Shown here: positions 32,326 through 33,599 of the stretch, in pieces
Position numbering within the stretch: the stretch's first letter is position 1
How the letters are laid out: every line of letters starts with the position of its first letter
IMG/VR virus record: IMGVR_UViG_3300048849_000153
Coordinates: 1-33,599 of that record
Reading direction: 5' to 3' (one strand)
Length of the DNA: 33,599 nucleotides
Origin: a virus
Taxonomy: Duplodnaviria; Caudoviricetes
Translations under genes and position numbers: made by a program
The notes under the pieces: model-generated
Told to the model about the DNA's origin: nothing
What the model saw: the letters and a program-made list of their open reading frames with translations, nothing else
The model's database searches: none

Positions 32326-32342
32326 TCCGTCGGTAGAGCTGA

Positions 32343-33599
32343 TCAGCCGGCCGTGGGAAGTTCGTGGATCGCAGCGCCCGGCAGGGTCAGGTTGAGCTTC
32401 GCCGCGACGTCGTCGAGCGCCTTGCGCGCAAGTGCCTGTGACACGTGCTGGTACCCCCGGCTGGTGACGATGGTCGAGTGTCCGAGGATCGCCTCGACGA
32501 CCTTCGGGTCGACCCCGGCCTCGAGCAGCAGCGTGGCCGTGGTGTGCCGCGCTTCGTGGAGCTCGTAGCGCCGGCCGACGGTGTCGTCGATCCGGGCGAC
32601 GTGCGCCTGGTCCTGCAGCGCCCACCAAGCCTCCCTGTCGGCGGCATCCGATCGAGGCGTGCCGTCGGGATTCGGCCACACCAGGTTCCAGTTCGACGGC
32701 GGGCAGATCTCCCGCCACGCGACGAGCGCCGCGGTCATCCACGGGACGAGCGGGATGATCCGCTGCCCGTTCGCGGTCTTCGGCGGGACGAGGTGCCACC
32801 GGTCGACGAGGTGCCGGTGGCGGAGGCCTGGCTTGATCTGGAATCCCGAGGACCGGTCGCGCTTCACCTTGTACGGCAGCGCGTCGAGCTGCCACGAGAT
32901 GTCGATGGTCCCGTTGTCCAGGTCGACCAGGTCCCACGTGAGCCCGAGGCACTCGCCCTGCCGCATGCCCTGGAGGAACGCGGCGACCCAACGCGAACCA
33001 TCAGGGTGTCTGGCGGCCGCGGCAAGCATGGCGTGGGCGTCGACTATCGAGATGGCGTCCCGGTCGTTCACGGCCTTCGCCGGCGCCGGGACGAGCAGGA
33101 CGCGTTGCGGCACGTCGTACCCCTCGAGGATCGCGTCGCGCAGCATCTTGGTCAGCACGACCTGTGCACGCTGGGCGGTCGACGTCGACAGCCCGGAGCC
33201 GATGATCGCTGCAGTGACCGCGCGAACGTCCGCCGGCGTGAGTTGGTCGAGGCGCCGGTGCCCGATCGTCGGGATGACCCACTTGCGGACCTGCGAGATG
33301 TCCGTGGCCGCCGACGTGTGCCGGACCTCGGCGGGGCGACGTGTAATCCACTCCCCGGCCCACTTCTGGACGGTGACGCGGGCCGAGGCCCCCTCGACCG
33401 GCAGGCCCTCGGCGGCGATCTTCCGCTGCCGCTCTTTGAGCTTGGTCTTCGCCTCGGCCTCGGTGCGACCCGAGACCTTGATCTTGCGGCGGGTGCCTTT
33501 CGCGGTCACCCCGGCCTCGATCGTCCCGACCCACCGCTGCTTCGAGGCGTCCCAGGAGACGCCGCCGGTTCCGTACTGCCGGCGCTTGCGCTCTGCCAT
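32343..33599 (-). CDS. int: Tyrosine integrase
   Basis: N-terminal RRQYGTGGV arm-binding-type domain; catalytic GMRQGE, PKT, HEARH, LGHS, Y (SRGYQH). Confidence 0.97.
   Translation of the reverse strand: MAERKRRQYGTGGVSWDASKQRWVGTIEAGVTAKGTRRKIKVSGRTEAEAKTKLKERQRKIAAEGLPVEGASARVTVQKWAGEWITRRPAEVRHTSAATDISQVRKWVIPTIGHRRLDQLTPADVRAVTAAIIGSGLSTSTAQRAQVVLTKMLRDAILEGYDVPQRVLLVPAPAKAVNDRDAISIVDAHAMLAAAARHPDGSRWVAAFLQGMRQGECLGLTWDLVDLDNGTIDISWQLDALPYKVKRDRSSGFQIKPGLRHRHLVDRWHLVPPKTANGQRIIPLVPWMTAALVAWREICPPSNWNLVWPNPDGTPRSDAADREAWWALQDQAHVARIDDTVGRRYELHEARHTTATLLLEAGVDPKVVEAILGHSTIVTSRGYQHVSQALARKALDDVAAKLNLTLPGAAIHELPTAG

Larger units (their letters stand above)
1..33599 (-). mobile_element. Temperate siphovirus-type prophage of a high-GC actinobacterium; att sites not identified in the window
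   Basis: Contiguous integrase, immunity, replication, packaging, head, tail (957-aa tape measure, no sheath) and lysis modules in canonical order. Confidence 0.97.

Overview
The whole window is one high-GC actinobacterial temperate siphophage or prophage, encoded almost entirely on the minus strand. Read from 33599 downward it contains: a tyrosine integrase, a 580-bp non-coding region rich in stems and repeats, an Xis-like HTH gene, and a divergent repressor/Cro switch. These are followed by an antirepressor, a second Xis-like gene, an array of PxWC-domain paralogs, a replication initiator with iterons, DnaB helicase and a Zn-finger/HTH putative late regulator. Next come accessory genes, two HNH nucleases, a putative cos region, TerS/TerL, portal, ClpP protease with nested scaffold, capsid, head-tail and tail genes (with a -1 frameshift chaperone), a lysis cassette and a further tail-like gene cut by the window edge. 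Five accessory genes lie on the + strand, against the lytic operons. The most interesting unexplained signals are (i) a probable structured RNA between int and the Xis-like gene, (ii) a recurring cis-antisense sRNA cassette over the start regions of three or four unrelated genes, (iii) the PxWC paralog array, and (iv) an antisense membrane gene spanned by an ORF that overlaps both neighbours. Family names come from motif recognition, not database searches. Start sites were re-chosen from RBS and overlap evidence.
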